DNA of 64,000 nt from Candidatus Hydrogenedentota bacterium (GCA_963674865.2 CAXXYE010000003.1:160001-224000); one strand, 5' to 3'; shown: positions 30,770-41,391, counted from the first letter of the stretch. Translations and numbers: made by a program. The notes: generated by a model from the letters alone, not told the origin.

Positions 30770-32593
30770 CTAGTCGATTGGAATGGAATCAGAGGCCATC
30801 GGCGTGGTCTGTCTTGATTCAAGCTCCTGTTCGACAACTTGGCGCAGCTCCTGGACCTTCCCAGTGATGGCGGGCGCATTGCCTTCGTGGAATGCCGCCA
30901 GAAGCTCACGGTATTGGGCATTCAGCGCAGCGTGCCGCTCCGGCGCCTCATTGCCTAGCAACGCCAGTCTTCCTCTCAGCCACGCCAGGTTCTCTCGTAC
31001 CGTCCGGAATGGGACATCCCGCTCGAACGCGTCTTCGAGCTCTTGCGCACACGCGCGGATAGAGCGCAAGGCGTCCGCGTAATCCCGTGAATGCATCGTC
31101 GCGCGATAGGATGCGCGCAGCTCCGCCAGACTGGAGAGATCGACCGCGGATTCCTCGGCCAAACGGATGTCCAACTCGAGGATGCCTGATTCGTTTGCGC
31201 AGCGCCCTTTGAGGATCGCCTCGATGTCTCGCCGAGCTTCCTCTTCTGGGGCGATGCAGAACAACTTGCCGCCGCCGGGGGGCAATGCCACGGGAAGGAG
31301 AAGCGCTCCCGTCCTGCGTTCGGTAGAGCACGCTGCCAGTGTCTCCAGATCGACGATCCGGCGCTCACGGACAAAGGCCTGCGACAGACTGATATCCGCG
31401 GTGTTTCTTATGAGCACGTCGTTGTTGAAGGCCACGAGGTAATCTACATCGCGGCTGCGGGCACGGAGTCGGCGCACCTCAATGCCGAGGCCCGGAGCCG
31501 GGGTCGGGCGCCAAGTGGCGATGGACACGGCGGGGGCCGCGACCTCAGCGTTCACAAGTACGGCGCCCAAGGGAATGAGTTGCGCTCCAAGCCGGGCGAT
31601 CTCATCCCAGAGAGGCGTTTCCTCGCCGTGCATCGAGGGCCTCGGATTGCCGAACTCATCGGTGAGATAGCTGTAGCGGAAGTAGTTGATTCCCTTGGCG
31701 CCGCCCGCGATGGCGAGCCATGTCTGAAGGCGCAATTCGGGGACGGTTGGTTGGCGCCAGCGAACATTTCTGCCGTCGCCTGATTCGAAGACCTGCAGCG
31801 TGATCCAATGGGGATGTTCCCCGGTGAGGCTGCGGCAAAGGTCCATCCACTCGAGAATGCCTCGCGTGCCCCACGTGCTGAAGCGGCCCAAGTTATCTGC
31901 CATAGCCAGGGGGCCGCCCTTGACGGCGAAGTGGGGGCCGATGGAGGTGCCGTCATGCATGTAGCCTATTGGATAGCAATCCGTCAGGAGCACAGGCTGA
32001 TGGGCCGCGAAGGCCGCGGCCGAATCGGGGCGGTAAAAGAGGCAGAGCGCGGACTGGCGCGGCGCTACCTGTTCAAGCATGGAGCTGTATTCGAGGAAAC
32101 TGGGCAGAAACTCCGGCGGCGGCTCGTCGCGGATGTACCACGCCAGTATGTTGGGCGCGTTCTTGAGGGCTTCCGCGGCGTGTCGCGCGTCGTCAAGCGT
32201 GACCTTGAGCGACTTCTCGTCGGCTGTTGCTCCGACGTAAGGCAAGACATAGACGCCGTAGCGAGCACAGAGGGCCACCTCATCCTTCAGCCGCGCGACA
32301 TGCTTTTCCGCCGTTGCCTCCGCCGCTCCGGGATCAAACGCCCCGTAGAGACGCGGGGAGGCTACGAGGCAGTTCATGTTATGGCGCCGCATGTCGCGCA
32401 GGAGTCCTTCGAGGCCCAAGTTGACGGGATGGGCATCCCATCCCCATAGGCCGAATGTGAAGGGCATCTGAACCGCTTCGGCATCCTCGGTGAGTGTCTG
32501 CGCCGTTCCCGGTGCACAGACGGTGATCAATGAGGTGCACAAGATGAGACACAGGGCCGCTCGCGCGTCGTAGAAACTGGTGGGCATGGCCAA
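30770..32593 (-). CDS. Secreted hypothetical protein with glycoside-hydrolase-like TIM-barrel motifs
   Basis: Signal peptide; AWYIRDEP, TDCYP, WLAIAGGAKGINYFRY; GGAGG RBS. Confidence 0.6.
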   Translation of the reverse strand: MAMPTSFYDARAALCLILCTSLITVCAPGTAQTLTEDAEAVQMPFTFGLWGWDAHPVNLGLEGLLRDMRRHNMNCLVASPRLYGAFDPGAAEATAEKHVARLKDEVALCARYGVYVLPYVGATADEKSLKVTLDDARHAAEALKNAPNILAWYIRDEPPPEFLPSFLEYSSMLEQVAPRQSALCLFYRPDSAAAFAAHQPVLLTDCYPIGYMHDGTSIGPHFAVKGGPLAMADNLGRFSTWGTRGILEWMDLCRSLTGEHPHWITLQVFESGDGRNVRWRQPTVPELRLQTWLAIAGGAKGINYFRYSYLTDEFGNPRPSMHGEETPLWDEIARLGAQLIPLGAVLVNAEVAAPAVSIATWRPTPAPGLGIEVRRLRARSRDVDYLVAFNNDVLIRNTADISLSQAFVRERRIVDLETLAACSTERRTGALLLPVALPPGGGKLFCIAPEEEARRDIEAILKGRCANESGILELDIRLAEESAVDLSSLAELRASYRATMHSRDYADALRSIRACAQELEDAFERDVPFRTVRENLAWLRGRLALLGNEAPERHAALNAQYRELLAAFHEGNAPAITGKVQELRQVVEQELESRQTTPMASDSIPID

Positions 32594-32759
32594 TTCCTCC
32601 CATTGCCGGCGAAGTCTCTGAGGGTCTCATCGTAGAAGGAGGCGTGCGCCCAGTCAACGTGCGCCAGTGCATGCCAAACGGCATGTGCTATCATTCCTGA
32701 CACGGATGACGGCGCAGGAAAGGCGAGCGGCCATGGCGCCAAGCAGGAGGGGAGCGAGC

Positions 32760-34214
32760 ATGAGGTTCAGTATCGAGTGTCTTGGATTGGTGGCCTTAGC
32801 GGGCCTTTGGATCTTGACGGCGCCGCGCGCGGAGGCGGCGGAAGAGGCCGTGCTCGATATCGGATCGCGGCTGGAGTTGTTTGTTGATCGCTTCCTCATC
32901 GAGCGCATGGAGGGAACGGCACTGGCGCTCCATGCTCCTGTCGAGGCTGAATCCGTGATAGCCTTTGATAGGCCGTGGGAAGGGAAGTATGTCGGCTACG
33001 TCACGATCATTCAGGACGGCGATCTCTTCCGAATGTACTACCGGGGGATGCCCGAGGCAGGAACGGATGACTCCGACGAACCGGTGACCTGCTATGCGGA
33101 GAGCAAGGACGGCGTCATCTGGACTCGGCCAAACCTGAGTCTGTTCGAGGTCCACGGGACAACTGAAAACAACGTCATTCTGGCCGATATGCCGCCGTTT
33201 TCTCACAATTTTGCGCCATTTCTCGACACGCGCCCCGGTGTCCCTGCCGATGAGCGCTTCAAGGCGGTGGCCGGTTTGCAGCGTTCCGGACTGTACGCGT
33301 TTGCCTCCGGGGACGGCGTCCACTGGCGTCGTATGCAGGATGAACCTGTCATTACCGAAGGGCATCTGGATTCACAGAACCTTGCCTTCTGGTCGGACGC
33401 GGAGCAGTGCTACTGTTGTTATCTGCGCCTGTGGGCGGAGGGGGTGCGTACCATCGGCCGGGCCACCTCCACCGATTTCCGGACTTGGACGTCTCCCGAG
33501 TTTATGCGCTTCGGGGACACGCCCATGGAGCATCTATACACAAACCAGACCCACGCCTACTACCGCGCGCCCCACATCTACATCGCGACGGCTGCGCGGT
33601 TCATGCCCAAGCGCCGGGTCGTGTCCGTCGAGCGATTCGAGGCGCTCGGCGGCGATGCCGATTACTCAGGTGACTGCTCGGATACGGTGCTCCTATCCAG
33701 CCGCGGCGGACTGGACTACGAGCGGACGTTCATGGAGGGCTTTGTGCGGCCGGGCATGGGCCTGAGCAATTGGACTTCGCGAACGAACTACCCTGCCTGC
33801 GGTATTGTGCCCACGGGCGACGGGGAAATGTCGATGTACATCCAGCGGCATTACGGCCAGCCGTCCCACCGCTTGCAGCGCCTGACGCTTCGCACGGATG
33901 GATTTGTCTCGGTGAACGCCCCATATGCCGGGGGCGAAATGTTCACCAAGCCTTTACGCTTCAGCGGGAAGCGTCTCGCTATCAACTTCGCGACTTCCGC
34001 CGCCGGCAGCGTGTGGGTAGAGATTCAGGATGGCAAGGGAACGCCCATCGATGGCTTCACCCTCGATGATGCCGACGAGATCATTGGCGACGAGATCGAG
34101 CGCACGGTTACATGGCAAGGCACGCGCGATCTGAGCGCCCTCGCAGGGCGCACCGTGCGGCTCCGCTTCGTCATGAAAGACGCCGACCTCTACTCGCTCG
34201 CTTTCCGCCCCTAG
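32760..34214 (+). CDS. Secreted five-bladed beta-propeller glycoside hydrolase-like protein (GH32/43/130 clan-like)
   Basis: Signal peptide; RLELFVD, CYAESKDG, SGDGVHW, DSQN, LRTDGFVS, DADLYSL. Confidence 0.65.
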   Translation: MRFSIECLGLVALAGLWILTAPRAEAAEEAVLDIGSRLELFVDRFLIERMEGTALALHAPVEAESVIAFDRPWEGKYVGYVTIIQDGDLFRMYYRGMPEAGTDDSDEPVTCYAESKDGVIWTRPNLSLFEVHGTTENNVILADMPPFSHNFAPFLDTRPGVPADERFKAVAGLQRSGLYAFASGDGVHWRRMQDEPVITEGHLDSQNLAFWSDAEQCYCCYLRLWAEGVRTIGRATSTDFRTWTSPEFMRFGDTPMEHLYTNQTHAYYRAPHIYIATAARFMPKRRVVSVERFEALGGDADYSGDCSDTVLLSSRGGLDYERTFMEGFVRPGMGLSNWTSRTNYPACGIVPTGDGEMSMYIQRHYGQPSHRLQRLTLRTDGFVSVNAPYAGGEMFTKPLRFSGKRLAINFATSAAGSVWVEIQDGKGTPIDGFTLDDADEIIGDEIERTVTWQGTRDLSALAGRTVRLRFVMKDADLYSLAFRP

Positions 34215-34236
34215 GCTGCGGAGGAACGCCCCGCTC

Positions 34237-35865
34237 TCAGTCCTTCATGTGGGGATAGCGATAACTCGTGGGCGGCAGGAAGTTCTCCTTGATGGTTCGC
34301 GGAGACACCCACCGTTCGAGATTCAACCACGAGCCGGCCTTATCATTTGTGCCGGATGCTCTGCTTCCGCCAAAAGGCTGTTGGCCGACGACCGCCCCGG
34401 TTGGCTTGTCGTTGATGTAGAAGTTGCCTGCGGCGTGCACCAGGGCCTTGGTGGCCTTCACGACCGCGCCGCGATCCTGTGCGAAGATCGAGCCGGTAAG
34501 GGCGTAAGGGCTCGTCTGGTCGCACAGCGTCAGCGTATCCTCGTACTCCCCATGCGGATAAACGTGAATGGTGAGCACGGGGCCGAAGATCTCTTCGGAC
34601 ATGAGCCGGGATTTGGGATCCTTGCTCAACACCACAGTGGGCTCGACGAAGTAGCCCTTGGAGTCGTCATATCCACCCCCGACGAGGATCTCGAGGTCAG
34701 GATTGTTCTTGGCGTACTCGATGTAGCCCGTGATATTGGTGAACGAGCTGGCATCTATCACGGCGCACATGAAATTCGAGAAATCGCAGCAGTCGCCCAT
34801 CGCAACGGTGCCGATCTCGTCGAGGAGTTTCTGCTTCACCTCAGGCCAGACGGAATCGGGAATGTACGCCCTGCTGGCGGCGCTGCACTTCTGGCCCTGG
34901 TACTCGAACGCGCCGCGCACCAAAGCGGCCACCAGCGCATCCTTGTCGGTGGATTCGTGGACGAAGATGAAGTCCTTGCCGCCGGTTTCGCCGACAATCC
35001 GCGGATAGGAGTAGTACTTGCGGATGTCTGAGCCCACGGCGAGCCAGATCGTCGAGAACACTTTCGTGCTCCCCGTGAAGTGAATGCCGCCCAGGTCCAG
35101 ATGGTCGAGCACGGGCGGCCCGATCACCGGCCCCGGCCCGGGAACCAAGTTGATGACGCCGTCCGGCATGCCGGCTTCCTGGAGGATCTTCATAATGTAG
35201 TACGCGGGAAGAACGGCGCTTGAAGCCGGCTTCCATACGACGGCGTTGCCCATGAGCGCCGGCGCCGTGGGCAGATTGCCCGCGATGGAGGTGAAGTTGA
35301 AGGGCGTGATTGCGAAGACGAATCCTTCGAGCGGCCGATGCTCCATGTAGTTCAACACGCCATGGGTCGACATCGGCTGATCGTCGTACACCAATGTCAT
35401 GAAATACGGATTGAAACGCCAGAAGTCGATAAGTTCGCAGGCCGAATCAATCTCCGCCTGGAAGCAGGTTTTGCTCATGCAGAGCATCGTGGCGGCATTA
35501 AGTGTCTGACGGTACTTGCCCGCCAACAGCTCCGCCGCCTTCAGCAGAACCGTCGCCCGGTTGGACCACGGCATGAGCGACCATTCCTTCTTGGCCTCAT
35601 TGGCCGCGGCGATGGCCATGTTCGCGTGATTGGCGTCAGCTTGGTGGTACTGCCCCAAAACGCAGTGATGATCGTGGGGACACGTCATGTCCACCAACCG
35701 GCCGCTGCGCACTTCCTCCCCGCCGATGAAGCACGGCACTTCGACGGGATTGTCGAGCATCTCCTGAAGCTTTGCCTGCAATTCCGCACGCTCCGGCGTG
35801 TTCGGGGCGTATGACAGGACGGGCTCATTCTGAGGTCGTGGAATGTGAAAAAGGCCGTTAAACAT
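34237..35865 (-). CDS. pruA: L-glutamate gamma-semialdehyde (P5C) dehydrogenase
   Basis: NEPVLSYAP, AEIDSACELIDFWRFN, PFNFTSIAGNL, GETGGKDF, FEYQGQKCSAASR, EEIFGP. Confidence 0.95.
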   Translation of the reverse strand: MFNGLFHIPRPQNEPVLSYAPNTPERAELQAKLQEMLDNPVEVPCFIGGEEVRSGRLVDMTCPHDHHCVLGQYHQADANHANMAIAAANEAKKEWSLMPWSNRATVLLKAAELLAGKYRQTLNAATMLCMSKTCFQAEIDSACELIDFWRFNPYFMTLVYDDQPMSTHGVLNYMEHRPLEGFVFAITPFNFTSIAGNLPTAPALMGNAVVWKPASSAVLPAYYIMKILQEAGMPDGVINLVPGPGPVIGPPVLDHLDLGGIHFTGSTKVFSTIWLAVGSDIRKYYSYPRIVGETGGKDFIFVHESTDKDALVAALVRGAFEYQGQKCSAASRAYIPDSVWPEVKQKLLDEIGTVAMGDCCDFSNFMCAVIDASSFTNITGYIEYAKNNPDLEILVGGGYDDSKGYFVEPTVVLSKDPKSRLMSEEIFGPVLTIHVYPHGEYEDTLTLCDQTSPYALTGSIFAQDRGAVVKATKALVHAAGNFYINDKPTGAVVGQQPFGGSRASGTNDKAGSWLNLERWVSPRTIKENFLPPTSYRYPHMKD

Positions 35866-36073
35866 GAGTTCCTCCCCTAAACAACAGTTTGCAGCCACGT
35901 GACGGGACGCCTACGCGCCCACCCTCCGATGCCGGCCGGTAGGCCGTCCGCCCCCGTCCAGCGAACGACGACGGGAGGCAATTCTTGTCCAGGCACGGAC
36001 GACTTGTCAAGCCCATATCCTTTGCGTTACAAAGGGTTAGCGTCAAACAGCTTGGAAAAACGGAGGGGAGCGG

Positions 36074-37996
36074 GTGCCTGTCGACAAGAGCACTAGTGAA
36101 TCTCGGGGCATCGCACAGTCACAGACGGCCGGTGCGCTGGGCGAGTCGCGAAGGCGCGCTATTGTCTACGCCGTGTGCGCCGGCTTGGTGTTCTTGACGG
36201 TGGCCGTCTTCTGGCAGACGCGCGCGTTCCGGTTCGTCAACTTCGATGACACGGAATACGTCACGAGGAATCCCCACGTCCTGTCCGGGCTGACATGGGA
36301 AGGGATACGGTGGGCCTTCATGCATCCGCATTTCGGCAATTGGATTCCCTTGACGTTGATGTCCCACATGCTGGATTGCGAACTGTACGGACTCGATGCG
36401 GCCGGCCATCATTCGACGAACCTCCAATTGCATCTGCTCAATACACTCCTCCTCTTCTTGTTTCTCTCGCAGGCCACAGGCTCGGTATGGCGAAGCGCCT
36501 TCGTAGCGGCCGTGTTTGCGGTGCACCCCCTCCACGTGGAGCCTGTTGCCTGGGTGTCGAGCCGCAAGGACTTGTTGAGCACCTTGTTCTGGATGCTGGC
36601 GCTGCTGGCCTATGTCGCTTACGCGAAGCGCGGAGGCGCCGGGCGCTACGGCCTTGTCCTCCTTTGCTTCGTACTGGGCCTGTTGTCCAAGGCGATGGTG
36701 GTTACTCTGCCGTTTGTCCTGCTTCTCCTCGACTATTGGCCGCTCGGCCGTTTGGGCGCACCGGAGGAGCCTGCCGGCGCCGGCAGGTCTCTTTGGCGCT
36801 TGTCTCTTGAGAAGGTCCCGTTTTTCATCCTGAGCGGGGCCGCCGTGGCGATAACCTTCTGGACACAGCAGGTGAGCCGCTTCATCGTGTCCTCGGCGAT
36901 GAGTCCCCTTTCTCAGCGGCTGGCAAACGTCGCTGTGACGTATGCCGCGGTACTGAGGCGTACACTCTGGCCCGTGGGCCTTTCGCCCTTCTATCCGAAT
37001 CCCGGACATGCTCCGCCTGCGTGGCAAGTCGTCGGGGCACTTGCTCTACTTGGCTTCATCTCGGCGGCTGTTTATGCCTTGCGTAGACGGCGGGCTCTTA
37101 CCGTAGGTTGGCTTTGGTACATCGGGGCCTTTGCGCCGGCTGTCGGCTTTGTGCGGATCGGCAGTTTCATCACGGCGGACAGATACACCTACATTCCGCT
37201 GATTGGCCTGGCTATCATGGCGGCCTGGGCCGTGCCCGATCTCGAGCCGCGGCCTGCTCGTCGCAAGGCTCTTGCCCTGCTGGGGGCGGCAATCATCCTC
37301 ACAGCCACCATATGCGCCTTGGCTCAAGCACGCGTCTGGCGCGATGGGCGGGCGCTGTTCGCGCGTGCCGTGGCAGTCACCGAGAATAATTACGTGGCCG
37401 AAGACGGCCTGGCGGTTGCCCTTTATGAGGAAGGCCAATACAAAGAGGCCCTCGCCCACCACGAGGAGGCGCTCCAGATCGCGCCGGGCTACGCGCGCGG
37501 CTGGTTCAACTGCGGGAATACGCAGCTTGCCCTCGGTGATTTGGAGAAGGCCGCGGCGAGCTTCGCCAAGGCGGCCCAGTTGGATCCCAGTCTTGCCGAT
37601 GCGAGCAATAACCTGGGGAACGTCCTGTGCGATCTCGGCAGGCATGAGCAGGCTGCCGATGCCTATCGTGTAGCCCTTCGCGCGGACCCGCGCCATGCCC
37701 TGGCCCACGCAAATCTGGGCCAATTACTGGCGGAGAGGGGCGAGGCGGTCCAGGCCGAGGAGCATTTTGCCCTGTCCCTGGCGGCCGATCCCCGGCAGCC
37801 GCTTACGCACTACCTCTTGGCGCGTGTGCTGGAACAGCAGGGCGACCTCGATGGGGCGGCGCTCCATTTTGGAGCAGCCCTGGAACTCGATCCGCACTTC
37901 ACCCAAGCCGCGGAGGGCTTGACGCGGGCGCGGGGGCCAGGCGTGGGACAGGACGAGAGTCCGCTGGCGCCAGGCCCGGTTTCGTCTGTTCGATGA
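36074..37996 (+). CDS. TMTC-like GT-C membrane protein with C-terminal TPR repeats
   Basis: FVNFDD..YV, NWIPLT, HPLHVEPVAW, SKAMVVTLP, ADRYTY, then 5-6 TPRs. Confidence 0.85.
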   Translation: MPVDKSTSESRGIAQSQTAGALGESRRRAIVYAVCAGLVFLTVAVFWQTRAFRFVNFDDTEYVTRNPHVLSGLTWEGIRWAFMHPHFGNWIPLTLMSHMLDCELYGLDAAGHHSTNLQLHLLNTLLLFLFLSQATGSVWRSAFVAAVFAVHPLHVEPVAWVSSRKDLLSTLFWMLALLAYVAYAKRGGAGRYGLVLLCFVLGLLSKAMVVTLPFVLLLLDYWPLGRLGAPEEPAGAGRSLWRLSLEKVPFFILSGAAVAITFWTQQVSRFIVSSAMSPLSQRLANVAVTYAAVLRRTLWPVGLSPFYPNPGHAPPAWQVVGALALLGFISAAVYALRRRRALTVGWLWYIGAFAPAVGFVRIGSFITADRYTYIPLIGLAIMAAWAVPDLEPRPARRKALALLGAAIILTATICALAQARVWRDGRALFARAVAVTENNYVAEDGLAVALYEEGQYKEALAHHEEALQIAPGYARGWFNCGNTQLALGDLEKAAASFAKAAQLDPSLADASNNLGNVLCDLGRHEQAADAYRVALRADPRHALAHANLGQLLAERGEAVQAEEHFALSLAADPRQPLTHYLLARVLEQQGDLDGAALHFGAALELDPHFTQAAEGLTRARGPGVGQDESPLAPGPVSSVR

Positions 37997-38115
37997 CGAA
38001 TTTTGTCACTGAGTGACGTTCTACGTACCGAGATGAGCGCTCAGGTGCGCGTTTCGATGGGTGTGGTCGGTGGTTAAGGTATTGTTGTGTAAAGAGTTAA
38101 GATTGTGTTCTGGCA

Positions 38116-38132
38116 TTGGCATACATGTTGCT
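38116..38132 (+). promoter_or_regulatory. Sigma-54 promoter for pilin
   Basis: TTGGCATACATGTTGCT with GG-N10-GC spacing; AT-rich IHF-like tract immediately upstream. Confidence 0.8.
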
Positions 38133-38207
38133 CTATGGACGGGCAAGAGTTGAGAAGTGCTACGAGGACGGGGCCAGGGCTGTTTACCCTAAAGGGAGGA
38201 AAAGGAT

Positions 38208-38633
38208 ATGAAGAAAAACTCAGGTTTCACGTTGATTGAGCTGATGATCGTCGTGGCGATTATCGCGATTATCGCGGCTGTCGCCATCCCCAACCTGCTG
38301 CGTTCCCGCATGGGCGCGAATGAGTCGAACGCCATTGGCGCGCTTCGTACTGTTGCGGCGGCGCAGACGTCCTTCCGTTCGCAGGACACGAGCCGCACGT
38401 ATGCGACCAGCTTGGGCACGCTCTCCGGCCAGACGCCTCAGTACGTAGACGATGTACTGGGTGGCGGTGAGAAGCACGGCTACAAGTTTGCCGTTGCGGG
38501 CGCCACGAAGTATGTGTGGCAGTGCACGGCTACTCCGGTAACGGTTGGCAAGACCGGTAACCGGACCTTCTGCGTCGATGAGAGCGGCGTGATCTTTGAA
38601 GGCACCTGCGCGGCGGGTACCCCGATCGAATAA
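38208..38633 (+). CDS. Type IV major pilin-like protein
   Basis: Class III signal MKKNSG|FTLIELMIVVAIIAIIAAVAIP; strong RBS; own promoter and terminator. Confidence 0.92.
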   Translation: MKKNSGFTLIELMIVVAIIAIIAAVAIPNLLRSRMGANESNAIGALRTVAAAQTSFRSQDTSRTYATSLGTLSGQTPQYVDDVLGGGEKHGYKFAVAGATKYVWQCTATPVTVGKTGNRTFCVDESGVIFEGTCAAGTPIE

Positions 38634-38653
38634 GCGACGACATCACGTCACCG

Positions 38654-38697
38654 AAAAAAGAGGCGTGGCGGACCACAGTGTCCGCCACGCCTTTTCT
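38654..38697. terminator. Bidirectional intrinsic terminator between pilin and gpmI
   Basis: AAAAAAG-AGGCGTGGCGGAC-loop-GTCCGCCACGCCT-TTT; 13-bp stem. Confidence 0.85.
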
Positions 38698-38726
38698 ATT
38701 GAATGGGCTACCTGAGCAGTCCAAGG

Positions 38727-40349
38727 TCAGAGCGATATCAGGCTTGGGTCGTATCCCTCCGGCCGCTTGAAGCCCATGAGGTTTAGAAGAGTGGCGGCCA
38801 CGTTGCTTAGGCCGGCCCCCTGGACCTCGCTCCGGCGCCAGTCATTGGCCCCGGAGTAGTCCTTGATCAGGAACGGCACCGGATTGAGCGTGTGGGCCAC
38901 CATGGGATCGCGCTTTCCCTTCTTTTCCGTGAATAGCACATCGGCATTTCCATGGTCGGCTGTGATGGCCACTACCCCTTTTGCCGCCGTCACTGCCGGC
39001 AGCAGCCGACGCAGTCCCAAATCCACCGTTTCGACCGCAATCCGCACTGCGGCGGCAATGCCCGTGTGGCCGACCATGTCGCCGTTGGGGTAGTTCAGCC
39101 GAACAAACTTGTATTTCCCGCTGCGTATCGCCTCGATGGTGGCGTCCGTGATCTCCGCGGCCTTCATCCATGGGCGCTGATCAAATGTCACCCTATCCGA
39201 CGGAATCTCGGTGTATTTTTCCAATTTCTCATCGATATAGCCTGAATTGTTGCCGTTCCAGAAGTACGTCACGTGGCCGAACTTCTGCGTTTCCGAGATG
39301 GCGAAGGAAGTGACTCCGGCTGCGCAAAGGTATTGGCCGATGGTTTGATCGATTGCGGGCGGCTCGACAAGGAAGTTCGCCGGAATGTGGGCATCGCCGT
39401 CGTACTCCATCAGCCCTGCGTAGAATACGTCCGGCCGACGGACGCGGTCGAACGCCTCGAAGTCCGGCTCGTCGAAAGCGCGGGAGATCTCGATGGCGCG
39501 GTCGCCGCGGAAATTGAAGAACACCACGGCGTCGCCGTCCTCGATTGTCCCCACCGGCTTGCCGTCCGCGACGATGACAAAGCTGTCGAGATACTGGTCG
39601 GTGATAGTGGGATCTTCTTCGTAGTAGGTCCGAATCGCCTCGGAAGCGGACGCGAATCCCCTGGCCTGCCCGAGCACGTGGGCTTTCCACCCGCGCTCGA
39701 CGACACTCCAATCGGCCTCGTATCGATCCATCGTGGTAACCATGCGGCCGCCACCGGATGCGACGCGGTAGTCGCGCCCTGCCTCGCTCAGTGCCGCAAG
39801 CTTCTGCTCCAGAGGCTCGATGTATTCGAGGGCGCTTTTCTCCCCTACATCGCGTCCGTCAAGGAGGGGATGGAGGCGCACACGCGGCAGCTTGTCTGCT
39901 GCACAGCGTTCAAGCAGGGCGAATAACTGATCGATGTGGCTGTGTACGTTGCCGTCGGAAAGGAGGCCGATGAAATGAACGGTACCTCCGTCTTGTGCCT
40001 GTTTCGTGAGTTGTTGCCATGCCTTCCCCTCGAAGATTGCCCCTGAGCGGATGGCTTCGTTTACGAGCTTCGCTCCTTGTGAGAACACGCGGCCGGCGCC
40101 CAGGGCGTTGTGGCCCACTTCCGAATTGCCCATGTCATCATCGGTGGGGAGGCCCACGGCGGTTCCGTGCGCCTTGAGCTTCGTGAAAAGGGGCTCCTGG
40201 AAGAGGTCGTCGAGCACCGGCGTGTTGGCCAGGAAGACGCCATCGGATTCATCGTGTTTCCCTATCCCGACACCATCCATGATCACCAGGACTACCGGGC
40301 CGGGAAATGCGTTGTAGCCGTTGAGTTTGGCAAGTTGCAGTGGACTCAT
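38727..40349 (-). CDS. gpmI: 2,3-bisphosphoglycerate-independent phosphoglycerate mutase
   Basis: IMDG, MGNSEVGH, SDGNVHSH, LDGRD, NFRGDRA, SETQKFGHVTYFWNG, DMVGHTG, TADHGNA, HTLNPVP. Confidence 0.96.
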   Translation of the reverse strand: MSPLQLAKLNGYNAFPGPVVLVIMDGVGIGKHDESDGVFLANTPVLDDLFQEPLFTKLKAHGTAVGLPTDDDMGNSEVGHNALGAGRVFSQGAKLVNEAIRSGAIFEGKAWQQLTKQAQDGGTVHFIGLLSDGNVHSHIDQLFALLERCAADKLPRVRLHPLLDGRDVGEKSALEYIEPLEQKLAALSEAGRDYRVASGGGRMVTTMDRYEADWSVVERGWKAHVLGQARGFASASEAIRTYYEEDPTITDQYLDSFVIVADGKPVGTIEDGDAVVFFNFRGDRAIEISRAFDEPDFEAFDRVRRPDVFYAGLMEYDGDAHIPANFLVEPPAIDQTIGQYLCAAGVTSFAISETQKFGHVTYFWNGNNSGYIDEKLEKYTEIPSDRVTFDQRPWMKAAEITDATIEAIRSGKYKFVRLNYPNGDMVGHTGIAAAVRIAVETVDLGLRRLLPAVTAAKGVVAITADHGNADVLFTEKKGKRDPMVAHTLNPVPFLIKDYSGANDWRRSEVQGAGLSNVAATLLNLMGFKRPEGYDPSLISL

Positions 40350-40551
40350 GAGTCTTAACGATCCTTTCTAGGCTGCTTCTCGTATGGAACACGCGCGTGC
40401 AACGCCGTTATTTCGCCGCCCCGGCGCAGCCGAAGGTGTCTTGATGACGCGAGGCACGTTGAGCTCACCTGCCGAGTTTCCGCCAAGTGCTTACGTGTGC
40501 CCGGGGACCACCTGCCCGGACTGCCTCCGTCATTATCGCTAGAAGAAACGG

Positions 40552-41385
40552 CTATTGGGGGAAAAGGTAATCGACCAGTGCCGGGGTGTCGCCGAAATCG
40601 GGAACCATGATGTCCGCGCCTGCGCGAATGAGGCGCTCCCGCTTCTCCTCGTTCCAGCCGTGTCCCTCGACTTCATTCGATGCCACGCCGATGGCCACGC
40701 AGCCTGCGGCCTTGGCGTTGCGTATCTCGACGGGTCCGTCGCCCACCACGAGCACCTCGACGCCGTGCAGGTCGTGCGTGGACATAATATCTTTGATCAC
40801 CTTCTCCTTCGAGTATTCCTCGAACGTCTTGAGGGCGCCCCAGATCTCCTTGAAATAGGGCGCTGCGCCGACCTTGGCCGCCTCGTTTCGCACATCGGCG
40901 CGGTCGGTGCCGCTGAAGACGTACATGGCAAGGCCCTTGTCGCGCAGCTTGGCGAGGAAATCGAGCGATCCTCGCAGCGTCACATCGCCGACGGTGAACT
41001 CGCCGCTTTCGAGCTTGGCGATTCGCTCGCGGACAGGGACCATCAGCCGATCATTGTAGACTTTCTTATAGCCTTGGGCGTCGAGGATCTGGTCTTCGGG
41101 CACAAGGCCGTGGGCGCGAACCATCTCAACCAGGTGTTGCATCTGGAGAATCGTCTGGATGCCCGTGGACTCTTCGATGTATTCGTATACCTCGTGCTCG
41201 ATTTCGGGCGTGGGTTCCGTAGCGCCGCAGATCATCTCGACCATAACCGGGGCCATGATGCGTTGCCAGCCTTCGCGCATGAGACTGACGGTTCCGTCGA
41301 AGTCAAAAAGGCCGTGCTTGAACCGGCCGCACTCTACCTCGTTAACGATCTCGATCTGGGTTCCTGGAAGGCAATTGCGTGACAT
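40552..41385 (-). CDS. HAD-superfamily hydrolase
   Basis: FDFDGT, SGT, K and VGDGPVE HAD motifs. Confidence 0.88.
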   Translation of the reverse strand: MSRNCLPGTQIEIVNEVECGRFKHGLFDFDGTVSLMREGWQRIMAPVMVEMICGATEPTPEIEHEVYEYIEESTGIQTILQMQHLVEMVRAHGLVPEDQILDAQGYKKVYNDRLMVPVRERIAKLESGEFTVGDVTLRGSLDFLAKLRDKGLAMYVFSGTDRADVRNEAAKVGAAPYFKEIWGALKTFEEYSKEKVIKDIMSTHDLHGVEVLVVGDGPVEIRNAKAAGCVAIGVASNEVEGHGWNEEKRERLIRAGADIMVPDFGDTPALVDYLFPQ

Positions 41386-41391
41386 TTGTGA

